Notes under the pieces: model-generated
What the model was told of the DNA's origin: nothing
The model's input: the letters and a program-made list of their open reading frames with translations, nothing else
The model's database searches: none
Translations under genes and position numbers: made by a program
Assembly: GCA_964016885.1 (NCBI GenBank)
Contig: OZ024742.1
Span: 79,732,001 to 79,796,000 of the forward strand
DNA from: Eledone cirrhosa
Taxonomy: Eukaryota
Length of the DNA stretch: 64,000 nucleotides
Reading direction: 5' to 3'
Shown: positions 14,974-27,264 of the stretch, one piece after another
Layout of the letters: every line of letters starts with the position of its first letter
Position numbering within the stretch: the stretch's first letter is position 1

Positions 14974-15127
14974 TTCATTATTTAACGATCGTTTCTAGGA
15001 TATATATGTGTTAGAATTGGCATGCATATTCAACAGATCTATGTACAAAATTATACAAAATTATACAAATTATCAAAATTAAATATACATACCAACACAT
15101 ATATATGCCGTCTTCAGAAATAATGAA
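14974..15127 (-). ncRNA. Hammerhead with extended stem II (mirror of 18402-18555)
   Basis: Reverse complement of the 18402-18555 motif. Confidence 0.65.
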
Positions 15128-15369
15128 ATATATTTATTGATAATAACAACAATTCAAAATTACAGGTCTGTTTGGGAACAGAGTTCAAATTGACCAATGA
15201 AAACACAAAAAGTTTATACAGTTAGGTGTATGTATATATGTAAGTAACTTCGTTCACAGATATGCATAAAAATATATATGTTCACATGCATGCGCATGCC
15301 GAAAAGATGTATGTAAATACAAAAATTCAGGGCTAATGTCTGTGTATGTTTATAATCTACAGATAAAAT

Positions 15370-15816
15370 ACGTATACGCATATAAACATATAAATATAAA
15401 AATAAATATATACACATTCATATACTCACACATATACATACATTCACACACACACGCGCGTATACGCATAAACATACACACAACCACGAACATACATACA
15501 CACACACACCCCCACACACACCCCCACACACACCCCCACACACACCCCACACACATATATGTGTATATACTATTATCATAAGCATATGGACATTAATGCG
15601 CGCACATAAACACTGCCACACATATTAAGATCCAGATACAGAAAGTAGGTGGGGGGGGGGGGAAGAGGTCAGTATTTACTGGTGTCAGCAAACTGCCTAT
15701 TTATAAATGTATCTATAAATTTAGAAATAAAAAGAAAAAGAAAAAAGAAAAATATTAAGAAAATATATATATATATATAAACAAGTAAAATATTAAATAT
15801 ACATCGATATACATAC

Positions 15817-15853
<37 letters not shown>

Positions 15854-16062
15854 TATACATACATATACATACACATATACATAAACACATACATACACAT
15901 ACATATACATACACACACCATATAAATACACATACACATACACACACGCATACATATAGAGACACATACATATACACATAAAAATACATACACATATACA
16001 TATATACACACATGTATATATATATATATATATACACACATACATACATATATACATTCACA

Positions 16063-16131
<69 letters not shown>

Positions 16132-16185
16132 TCTATACACATATATAAACACACTCATGTATATACACACATACACATACAAACC

Positions 16186-16234
<49 letters not shown>

Positions 16235-16290
16235 ATACACACATATACACATACAAAGATATATATATATACACACACACATATAATATA

Positions 16291-16351
<61 letters not shown>

Positions 16352-16653
16352 TATACATACACATACATACATATACATACTCATACATAGACATACATAT
16401 ATACACACACACACATACACACATACATATACGCATATATACACATACATACACATCCATGTATGCGTATACACATACAAACACAACCACACGCTCACAC
16501 AACTCAGACATACATAAATAAAGGGATATACATACACATATATACATATATAAATAGAGATACATATACACATATAAATATATACACACATACACACACA
16601 CATATACATACACATACATACACACATACATATATATACACACACATATACAT

Positions 16654-16706
<53 letters not shown>

Positions 16707-16800
16707 TATATAAAAATAAATAAATAAAATAAATAAATAAATTAATTAATTAATACACACAGTCAGACAAATATGCACACACATGCATGTACACATATAT

Positions 16801-16833
<33 letters not shown>

Positions 16834-16907
16834 CATACATATACATACATATATATACACACATACACACATCAACTACAAATATATATATATATATATA
16901 TATATAT
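15370..16907. repeat. Compound (TA)/(CA)/(TACA) microsatellite tract
   Basis: Direct inspection; source of the spurious YI/TH/CV ORFs. Confidence 0.95.
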
Positions 16908-17036
16908 GGAAAGTAATATTTAAATTATTGGGTTACAACTAGTAAATATTTATAACTGATATAAAAGCACTCAACAAGTATTTGGAGTATATTTACGATA
17001 CTAAATAAATGGAAACTACATCTACAAAACCATATC

Positions 17037-17247
17037 TATTTCATCATACATACCTCAGGGACATCACACTAACAATATGCTATGCCTTCCTCAGACAAAA
17101 TACTGCCAAATCAACTTTTCAAATACAAGTCGATGTTGAACGGTATGTCAAATCTATTTATTTATAAAACTGTCTATATTGTATTTTGTCTGAAGAAGGC
17201 ACAACACATCGTCAATATGACATCCCTGAAACATATATAATGAAACA
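17037..17247. ncRNA. Inverted pair of diverged hammerheads (17037-17102 minus, mutated; 17182-17247 plus)
   Basis: Plus: TATTTTGT-CTGAAGA-AGG..CCT-GAAA-CATATA-TA-ATGAAACA; the minus copy has GAGG in place of GAAA; same family as 5753-5814. Confidence 0.6.
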
Positions 17248-17288
17248 AACATGGCCCTACAAATACAGCCTCCATTCATTCAACATCG

Positions 17289-17328
<40 letters not shown>

Positions 17329-17445
17329 CACTCACATATACATGCGCACATACGTACATATATACACATACACACATATACACATAGACGTACATATGCG
17401 CATACATATACATACACACATATACCCACATAAATACATAGATAC

Positions 17446-17508
<63 letters not shown>

Positions 17509-17774
17509 CACACAATCATACACCCTTATTTACATGCGCACATATATATTTTTATACTCACATACAAACACCCAAACATACATACCTACCTACATATACA
17601 TACATACATCCACGCTTACAAATGCAAATAATAATAGGGGGGGGGGGGATTATAGTAAATATAGGTTTCAAGAAACATAGAATATTAATCTGCATCTAGA
17701 TCATAATATGTGTTTACATAGTAGTTTCAGTATTAGGAAATGTAAGAAAGAAGGCAAAATTATGCATTTTAATA

Positions 17775-18257
17775 TAAGTAGACTATTAATTATAGGTTAA
17801 CTGAATTAAAGATAGTTATTATATTGATTTCTAAGGTGTATACTACTTAGGTTTATAATATTTGAAGCGGAATTTTGAAGTTAAATAGTAGTAGAGTATT
17901 AATTATAGTATAACTAAATTAAAATTATTAACGTTATGGTGTCAATATTAGGAAATGAATTTAGTAATAGGGAAAAAAACCAAATAAAGTATTACATCGG
18001 TAGTAGAATATAAATTATAGGTTAACTAAATTAAAAATTATATATTAATTTCTATAGTATATGTTAATTAGGTTTATAATAATTAAAACAGATATTGTAT
18101 TTTATCTATAGTAGAATATAATTATAGGTAAACAGAAATTAAAATTAATATAAATTAAAATTAATATATAGACATATATATATACACATATATATATGAA
18201 CTTATATACACATATATATATGAACTTATATACACATATATATATGAACTTATATAT
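17775..18257. repeat. Degenerate ~110-bp AT-rich tandem repeat plus a 24-bp tandem
   Basis: AGTAGA.TATTAATTATAGGTTAACT.AATTAAA recurs near 17778, 17890, 18003 and 18110; ATATACACATATATATATGAACTT occurs three times near 18180-18251. Confidence 0.7.
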
Positions 18258-18401
18258 TTTTATGCATATCTGTGAACGAAGTTACTTACATATATACATA
18301 CACCTAACTGTATAAACTTTTTGTGTTTTCATTGGTCAATTTGAACTCTGTTCCCAAACAGACCTGTAATTTTGAATTGTTGTTATTATCAATAAATATA
18401 T

Positions 18402-18555
18402 TTCATTATTTCTGAAGACGGCATATATATGTGTTGGTATGTATATTTAATTTTGATAGTTTGTATAATTTTGTATAATTTTGTACATAGATCTGTTGAA
18501 TATGCATGCCAATTCTAACACATATATATCCTAGAAACGATCGTTAAATAATGAA
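18402..18555 (+). ncRNA. Type I hammerhead with ~115-nt stem II
   Basis: TTCATTATTT-CTGAAGA-[long hairpin incl. ATATATATGTGTT/AACACATATATAT]-GAAA-CGATCG-TT-AAATAATGAA; 10-bp stem I, palindromic stem III. Confidence 0.7.
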
Positions 18556-19053
18556 CTTTTTTTGTTTAATATAAGGAACTGTTTCATTGTTTTATTCATT
18601 ATTTTTTTAATATTTTATCTTGACTCTGTATTCCGTTTATCTTTCACCGAAAGTGATTTTTCATTGCATCTCTTCTTTCCATGATATCCGGATTACATTG
18701 AGTTCTTCATACGGATTGGACACTACCGTAAACTCTTGGTAGATTTATCTACATATATATATATATATATATAAGCAAGTATTTTAGTAAGTAAGTTAAT
18801 TTTTAATTTTTAAAATTTTCTTATTTTACGTCTTTCATATAATTGTTCTGCACCCCCCTGCATAGAACCACAAAGGTACTAAGACATAACATATATATTT
18901 GCTAGCATGGGTATACATCTGTATACATATGTTGGTAGATATACTAATTCTCTCTTTCTATATATATATATATATCGAATATAGAAAAGTAACACACGAG
19001 TTGATATATATATAAAAAGGAAATAGTAGAGAGGAAATAGATTTTTTTAGTAG

Positions 19054-19868
19054 AAAATGTTGAAGAGATTCTTTCAGTGAGATATCAAAACATTAATTTA
19101 TTTACAATACCGGTTTCAGCATTTCATGCATTGTCAATTGCGGCGGATATGCAGAATATTATTAAGTTACATAATTGTACAAATAGCGATAATAATTGTT
19201 TCTACTTTAGGCACAAGGCCAGCAAATACCCAGTGCATTACTGGTACTTTGTTTTATAGACTCCGTAGGATGAAAGGCAAAGCTAACCTCGGCGGGATTT
19301 GAACTCAGAATGGCAAGGGCCGTAACTCTATGCGTCAAAGCATGGCGTCCGACCCTATACCGATTCTGCCATTCCACCGCCCTACAAATAGCGATAATAA
19401 TTGTTTCGACTTTTGGCACAAGGCCAGCAATTACCCAGTGCATTACTGGTACTTTATTTTATCGACCCCGTAAGAATGAAAGGCATAGTTAACCTCGGTG
19501 GGATTTGAACTCAGAACATAAAGGGAGGGAACTCTATGCTTCAATGCGTGGTACCCGACCCTCTACCGATACTGCCAATCCACCGCCCACAAATAGCGAT
19601 AATAATAATAATAAAAATGGGAAGAAAAATTAATTTTCACATACATGTTCATTCAGAGAAGAGAGTTCATTTCTCTGAATGAACATGTATGTGGAAATTA
19701 ATTGTTCCTCCCCTTTTTATTATTAATATTATTATCACTATTTGTACAAATATGCAACTTAACAATATTCTGCATATCCGCAATTGACAATGCATATAAT
19801 GCTGAAATCGGTATTATAAATAAATTAATGTTTTGATATTTTATTGAAAGAATCTCTTCAACATTTTT
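19054..19868. mobile_element. Fold-back element with degenerate hammerhead, interrupted by a SINE dimer
   Basis: 19054-19195 is inverted at 19730-19868; central palindrome ~19608-19722; decayed motif GCAA-TTGACAA-TGCAT..ATGCT-GAAA-CCGG-TA-TTGT. Confidence 0.75.
19195..19590 (-). mobile_element. Head-to-tail dimer of SINE family A
   Basis: Two full copies; ACAAATAGCGATAATAAT at ~19179, ~19385 and ~19589 brackets each copy. Confidence 0.9.
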
Positions 19869-21589
19869 TACTGAAAATATCTTTGGTCACCTTCTTTGAT
19901 GCTATTATGGATTTTTGTCCCGAGTTATAACATTTCACCCACATAATTGTATTTCCTTGTCATAATCCTAGGTTATATTATATATACATATCATTGACTA
20001 TATTGCTAGTTCTGGATCTTCAGTAATATCATTGATCCCTTATTCTTGCTATCAATACTTGCCCTACATTGTTGACTTGATCGTTTATTGTTATTTGAAA
20101 TAAATTCTCTTAATATTGCTGTTGTCCTTTTTCAAAACTGAATATAATCATATTTTCATCTATATATGTGGTTATATATTTTATTAATAATCTTATTATT
20201 AGTTTCATAAATTTTGTTGTGGTTTTTATTTTCGTTCACCATTGATTTTCTTTCCATTTAACCACCATAGTTTTGTTTTGTTTATCGTTTTACTGTGCAT
20301 GCAACGCATTGACTGTGTAATGTTTTGTAGTGTTTATCTTCCTTTGTTATTCATGTTGTTTCCCATCCTTTGTTGTGTTATCTCAAAGGAACATTTTTGG
20401 TATTTCTTCTTTGTCATTGTTCCTGTCTGAATTTTGTATTGTGAGTCGCATTAATATTTTGTCATTCTGTGTGATTGCCTTTATTTTCATTCGTTTTTCA
20501 CTTGGGAACTATTTTTGTCTATTTTAAGGTTTTCATTTCGTTCTTTCTTGTTATATTGTACTTTGAGGTTATTGTATGGTTATGTTTCTTATGTATAATA
20601 ACCCACTTTTATATTCGGTTCAATATTTTCCCAATTGTTTTAGTTTCTTTGTGTTAGTCAGACAAAGGTAGTGCCCATGATTCTTTTCAGGGCCACGAAG
20701 ACATGTAGGAGCAAAGGAGTTAGGAATGTGCCGTGAAACCAGAAACTATTTCTGAATACATGTAACGAATGGAATTCCGCTAAATAATCCGAGGTATTCA
20801 TGTCGGGAGGGGTTTTAAAACTAAATGTAGATTCCTGTCTTCTACTCAATATAAGTCAAAGGTACATTTGAACGTAGAACACAAAGAACCAGAACAAATA
20901 GCAGAGGACACCTCGTCCAACGCCATAACGATTCCATCAATTTACTCTATTGGACGACCACGAATGGATGAAAAACAATACTAGCTTCAACAGGATTTGA
21001 ACAGAGCGCAGAGACTCGGAATAAATACAAAAAAATGATTTGGTTTTACGCTATAGAATTTTTGGTAATGTTCCGACCCTGTGACGATATTGGTTGTTCA
21101 TTATCCGTTTTCATTGTTTAGATATATATTTCTTCGTGTTAGAATATATTCTCAGTCCTGTAATGTTAGTCTTTAGTCTTTATTTTTCATTTTATATTAT
21201 AGTCTTTGGTTTAGATTTCAAATTCCACTAACAATTTGGAGGTTATATTTTTTGTTATTGTTTTTACATAGTTTTTCATATTGTGTTCGTCATTAGATCC
21301 CATGCCTTTTAGGTTACTTCTATCATGTTTGATCTTTGAACCGTTGTCACTTATAACTTTCGAAATTATAATTTTCATTTATAATTTTGTTTATTCCTCA
21401 TATCTACGTTTGTTTATTTATTTCGGTTTTCATGAGGGATACTTGGTTCTTCATCGTTATATTATTTTATTATTGCTTTCTCACCTTTCTTTAAAGTAAA
21501 TATTAAAGATTAATGTTTGCCGTTCCTATTTCCATTTACATCAGATGTTTAGTTGTTATGCCTTTGATATGAGTATATTCAAACCTAAC

Positions 21590-21900
21590 ACCTTTTTGGC
21601 ACAGAGACGGCAACACATTTTTGCCTCGTGAGAATACTGGCTTTGTTAACTCTAGTGCAATGCTTTTAAGTGCTAGAACAAGTGCTAAAGCCATCTGAAA
21701 CTGTTGTCTAATTATAATAAGCAACAACGCTCTATCTCCTAAAGAAGGAGTGCCTCTTGGAATGAGCAAACCTTTGTTGTGGTGAAGATTAGCTGTGATG
21801 ATTCTTATATTAATGATTTTTTCTGTTGATATCTTAACCTCTACAAAATATAACGGCCTCGTGACCACACTTACGTAAATATGTGTGAGGCCAAATCTCA
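21590..21900 (-). pseudogene. Helitron PIF1-like helicase C-terminal remnant
   Basis: ORF 21536-21901 reads LLIPR...RQQFQMALA...LTKPVFSRG, matching the RepHel motifs IPRI..RxQFPxxLA..PVFSHGQ with the GQ motif lost. Confidence 0.7.
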
Positions 21901-22559
21901 TATATACAGTGGATTTAAATATTTAATTGCATATTTTGAAGGGCCATTAAAATCGGATTATTGATCATATCTTGACAATGCAGTTTCACTTGGTAGCCTG
22001 TTCGATACTGCATTAATTAAATCAATTTGAGCATGTTTGAGCCATCTTAAAGGGTTCCAGTATGACAACATTATGGATAGTCCAGGAAGATTAATAAAAT
22101 AACGTGAGATAAATAATTAACAGTGTTATATTCCTCTGGAATATTATTTCTTGTTTGTTCCGTTTTATACCTTTCCTTATATAACATCTGAATTTGTGTA
22201 ATTCAATTTGCTGCTTTTATTTCTCTGAATATTTTGACACATGAGTTGTGTCGCGTGTTTAGTTTCAGTTTAAATTTTCTCACATGCCCTCATAATGATG
22301 AATTATTGAAACTGACATCGATAATTTATTTGTAGTAATATCAGTAATTAAACATGATAATACTTTTTGAAGTTTAATAACTGCTAAGATATGTTCAAAA
22401 TCGTCACTGAAAATAATAGGCGTTTGGGTCTAGAGTTTTCATGAACTCCCTTGATATTTGGAAGGAATCGATAAAAAATGGGTAACTCATCCCAACAAAG
22501 GATATGAACTTAAATGTTGTACACTGATTTCTCACAATGAATGTTGGTATTGCATGTGA

Positions 22560-22830
22560 AGGGACGTGGATTAGTGGTAATTGTGTGGAATTTACGATCT
22601 CAACATCGTGTGTTCGATTCCTGGATTGGTTTGAAAGTTGTTGTTTTTTTATCGATACACCTCATTTTATGTTGCTCCAGTATACTGAGCTGAGAGTGCA
22701 TACCAGCAGTATCTGGACGTTTAACCCCCGATGGACAGGCATCCTGTCATGTAATCTAAGTCACTTAATGCCACGGAAACCAGGATAAGCACCAGCCTGA
22801 TGAGTCACGCGGCTTGAGACTGACTATAAA
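22560..22830 (+). mobile_element. Diverged tRNA-derived SINE (third family)
   Basis: A box TGGATTAGTGG, B box GTTCGATTCC, TTTTATGTTGCTCCAG body, GAAACCAGGATAAGC..GCCTGATGAG tail. Confidence 0.6.
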
Positions 22831-23919
22831 TGAAACACCATGGACTAGATTACATAGTTGATTTAATGCATGATGAACTACTCCGGCCCGCTGCTCCCGG
22901 TCTGTAGTCAAGCAACCGTAGCAGTAGAGGCATTTATTATTGAATTTTCCATCTGTTTATCAGAATATGCTAGAATAGTATTATACAGAAATACAAAAAA
23001 GAATGTACATAAGTAAATAAACGTTTGGATGCTGGTGAAAAAACATTGTTAATAACATATTGTTGACAATATGTTTAAACTCGCAGACAGCTGCTTGCCG
23101 ACCCAGATTTACTTTGGGTTCCTAACAGAGAAAATTATTTGTTCCATTTCTTTCCCGAAGAATGGGTGCTATCATGCGTGAATAACGATTCATTTTATTC
23201 TTTGAATGTATTTTATATTTTTCATTCTGGATTTCTCTATTGAGGCAGTTATTTCAGATGTACATTAACAATTCATTTCAGATTGTAAGGGCTCTTTTGC
23301 AAATACTGTAAAAAGATTATCTGAATCGGTTAGATTGCAATGAAGAATTAACTAGAACTGTATTTGTTGTCCATGCGCTCCATGCGTACATTAATATACT
23401 ATGACGCCTGACACGCCAAACTCATTTTGAATGTTACTTCTATGTAAGTAGAAATATGCTAACAAGAGGAATGGCATCTGGAGTATGTAATACATTTTTC
23501 AGGTAGAAAGCTCGCGATTTTCTTGGTGAAACGAAATGTTTACGAACAATGGAAAATATGTGAGTGTTTTTTCTTTCATTTTAACTCTAGGTTATCCGGA
23601 TTCAAAAGAGTGATTCTTGATTGTTAGAGCAAATTAAATTGGAAGCTAGTGATTAGTATAGCATATACATATTTTCCAGAAATAATTATTATCATTATTT
23701 AATATTACTGACGGTGAAGTATAGACAAAACATAAATGAGTTATAAACCGTAATCATATAACGGAAGTTATAATCATGAAAGTAAATGAAGCCATAAGAT
23801 TTTAATCTATCTGAAATTGGATTTCAAATCGGAGCAACTCAAACTTAACTGTGGATTTGCTTTTGATAAACAGAGATTTTTTACTGTATTTCTAAACTGT
23901 AGCATCCTTTTCTCCCACA

Positions 23920-24118
23920 TACGAAGGTCGGCTGAAATGTTTATAGGTTGACAAAGATACTCTCATGGAATGATCAAATGAGGTTTATTTTTCTCAACAT
24001 AGTCCATAAAAAATTGCGGTTATTAATAAGAAAAGTTGAAATCAATGCATGCAAGATTTCATAATTCTGGCGTTATTCCTTCATACTCAATCTATGAACA
24101 TTTCAGCCTACCCTCGTA
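23920..24118. mobile_element. Mariner-type MITE with TA target duplication
   Basis: TA-CGAAGGTCGGCTGAAATGTT ... AACATTTCAGCCTACCCTCG-TA. Confidence 0.85.
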
Positions 24119-26259
24119 CTTTAACTTTAGTGTTGTTTCTTGGAATTCATAAGTTATCTTATTTTTAGAATCAATTTAGTTAGGCTTACCTCTTCTATTT
24201 GTAGCAATATTGCTATTTATTCTTTGCCACACGAGTCCGTTGGTATTATTGTGCAATCTGTATATCCCTTGCATGATATTTTCATCTTTTGTGTCTTGAT
24301 ACTCTTGCACTAGCCCGCTATTACCTAACTGTTTCTCGTATGTTTGGTGTTATGCGATACAGAATGTAAGATACGCCAGTTACGTTGTTCTTCATATCTT
24401 ATAACCTTGTCGTAATGTCGTCATCATTGACTTCACTGTATGTGCAGTCCTGCGCATAATTTGAAACTGAAATACGTATTTGTGAACAATTTTGATAGAT
24501 GAGGATTAAATTGGAAATTTATACTTAAAACTCGGTGATTGAAATAATGCAAGAATCGAATAGGAAAATGCGAATTAACAACAGATATTGATCTGTTTGA
24601 CGTTTATTGAAAGCTCTTCCCCGTATATAGTTTATAAGATTGTTTGTGTATGTGGTCACTGCAATTTAGTTATCCCTAACAAATAAACATAAATAATAAG
24701 CGTCACCAATGGAAATCAAACTGAAATAGAAACGTATTCGATGAAGGAAGCCACAATATGGATAACGGGAAAAGAAAAGTTATGTTTCATGTAAGAATGT
24801 AAACGAAATGCTAATGGCATAGTTATATGTGAACCCATATTTAGACGGGAAAGAATTAAGAACTATAGGTTCATTATTCAAGGAAATATATTCTGTATAT
24901 CTGTTTAAAATAAAGTTTAACATAACTAGATGCTTCATGAAACTTAAAGTAAAGTATATATTTGTAAGCATGCTTACGAAATTTGTTGGAAGAGTGAAAT
25001 ATACTATAAGTTAACTGGACAATATTTAAAATAGATGATTAATGAATAAAGACACCATACTAAGTAATTATAATTATTTTAAATTGAATAATATCGAAGA
25101 AAATTTTCGAATTGTAATTAATTTGAAAGCAAAAGAAAAATGCATATATATAATGAATGTATATATTTTTACGAAACCATCCAATTAACAGTTATCTAAG
25201 TTTTGATGGTAGTATATTTTATCCACTGAGCGGATGACCGTAACAAATTCTAGTTGAAAAGACGGAAGACTGAAATATTTCATTATGGAAATTTAATTGC
25301 ACGATGTATGAAATATATGAATAATGGTGAAATGTGAGTTAGTAAGGAATTCGAGATGCAGCCAATTGAAGAATGCAACTTTAGAAATATAATTAATTGA
25401 ACATTTTGAAAGAAAAATTAAATCATGTATGTAAAGAAAATTAACCAATTTTTGTTATGTTATTTGAAACACATATTTCAACAACGTTGTTGAAATGTAT
25501 GCTATATATGAATAATGACATAATGAATTTTATCGATAAATTAGAATCGTAATTAGAAATAGAATACGAAATAATTGTAATATGTGCATTTTTTTAGTTT
25601 TGTTTACTTTCCCTGACTAAAAGGGAAATTTCAATTAAGAATTTATTTGGGTTTCACGTTCAGTACATCACTATTTAATGAAATTATCCAAATGTATGAT
25701 TTCAAGTATTTCCATTAGCTCATTTATTTATATTCTGTAAATTATACTGTTCGAAATTGTACTTAAGACTTTTCCCATATGTAAAAAATTCGCAAAACAC
25801 TTTCAATTTTGATATAATGTTATGATGAGTTTTAATATAGTGAATCAAATCCTTTTATACTCTTTTCCTGCAAAGCAACCACAAAAACACTCTTCCCCCA
25901 AGTATAGTAATCACCTTTAAGATATTATATTCCTACAATTGTCGTTAGAATTTTGTTTACCATCACTAGTTGAGTGGGATTTTTTTAATGTATATGGAAC
26001 TACTTTTTGCGTATGGCAGACAATATTTTACTCTGTATTCGTTTTTAATTCCAGCCATTGGTTTGTTTGAAATATTTCACTTGGTCCTTTATATTTATAT
26101 TTCTTATCCATAAAGGAGGGAGTAGAGGAGATGAAAAGGTTTACATGCCTAGCCCTCTGAATTCATCTGTCAGCAAAGATATGGACCAAATTATCAAAAA
26201 GAAATTAATTTTAAATGTTGAGTAAAATGACTTAATGAGTAACAAACAGGTCAGTAAAT

Positions 26260-27128
26260 TTTCTAGTTCTAGGGATTGTATACATCCCCAGCGTGTATAG
26301 CATCTACTGAATATACCCATCAAGCAAGCCAAACTGAATTTTGTGCAACAGTTCTGCCTTTTGAGAGTGTCATTTTAACCGATACAAGAATCGACAAGCA
26401 AATGTATAACAGATTGGCCAAAGCCAGCAATGACTTTGGGAGATTGAACCAGGTGGGAAGAAATAACAACCATAAAATAGATACAAAACTAAGCGTGTAC
26501 AGATCCGTAGTCCTTACCATTCTCCTATACGGCTCTGAGTCGTGGGTCTTGTATAGCTGTCACGCCCGTTTCCTGCAGAGATACCACCAACGCTGTCTTC
26601 GCACTACATTAAACATCAACTGGATTGACGATGTCACCAGTACAGAGGTCCACCACAAAGCCAAGCCCAGCAATATTGAGGTTACTCTTATGAAGACTGC
26701 CGTGCTAGGCGGGGCATGTCTTTAGAATAGCAAACAATCACCTGGCAGAGATCGTACTCTACGGTGAATTGTATTCTGACTGTCGAACTAGCGGTGTGCC
26801 TATGAAGCGGTACGAGGACATGGTAAAAAAGACTCTGAAAGTATATAATATCCACCTCCGTCAGTGGACCAGGTAGGCTGCTGACTGCAATGAGTGTGGC
26901 CGCACCATCTTTCAGACTACCAGCACATTTGAAGCAAACCATCGTATCAGCCTGGAGAAGAGCAGAGAGTGGCGTAAAGGCCTGTCTTAACAGAAACATT
27001 TCCTTGCCGCTTCTGTAGGCAGATCTGCCGATTACGGATCACTCATCTCCGTCGCCAGCATTCATGTGTGCAGGGAGGACGGAGGGGAACTGACATTAGA
27101 TACCATCTTATCGAAATCATCACCACCA
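26260..27128 (+). mobile_element. RTE-clade LINE 3' fragment (post-RT region)
   Basis: RLAKASNDFGRL..TKLSVYRSVVLTILLYGSESW..YHQRCLRTTLNINW; frameshifted downstream. Confidence 0.85.
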
Positions 27129-27264
27129 GTAACTACTCAACATATCTCGATATGATTAAGTTAAGTCAAAGCCTCCTTCGGTCAAGTCTGCCTATGGGTA
27201 GTATCCTGTTGTCAGCTCAACTGGTGCAGCGGCTACCGTGGCTAAACAGACCTATATGTAAATG

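Larger units (their letters stand above)
14911..18752. mobile_element. Non-coding element with ~374-bp hammerhead-bearing inverted arms and microsatellite-rich interior
   Basis: 14911-15284 is the near-perfect reverse complement of 18245-18618; the right arm continues as a tail to 18752; (TA)n on both sides. Confidence 0.8.

Noticed and set aside
15214-17680. Many ORFs rich in YI, TH, CV (also 1503-1965, 56040-56988, 60573-61155)
   Set aside because: Translations of dinucleotide microsatellites
19880-20660. Possible LINE ORF1 esterase remnant (GINDI) on the minus strand
   Set aside because: A single frameshifted motif in low-complexity sequence
22796-22825. CTGATGAGTC as a hammerhead
   Set aside because: No GAAA/stem III downstream; lies in a SINE tail
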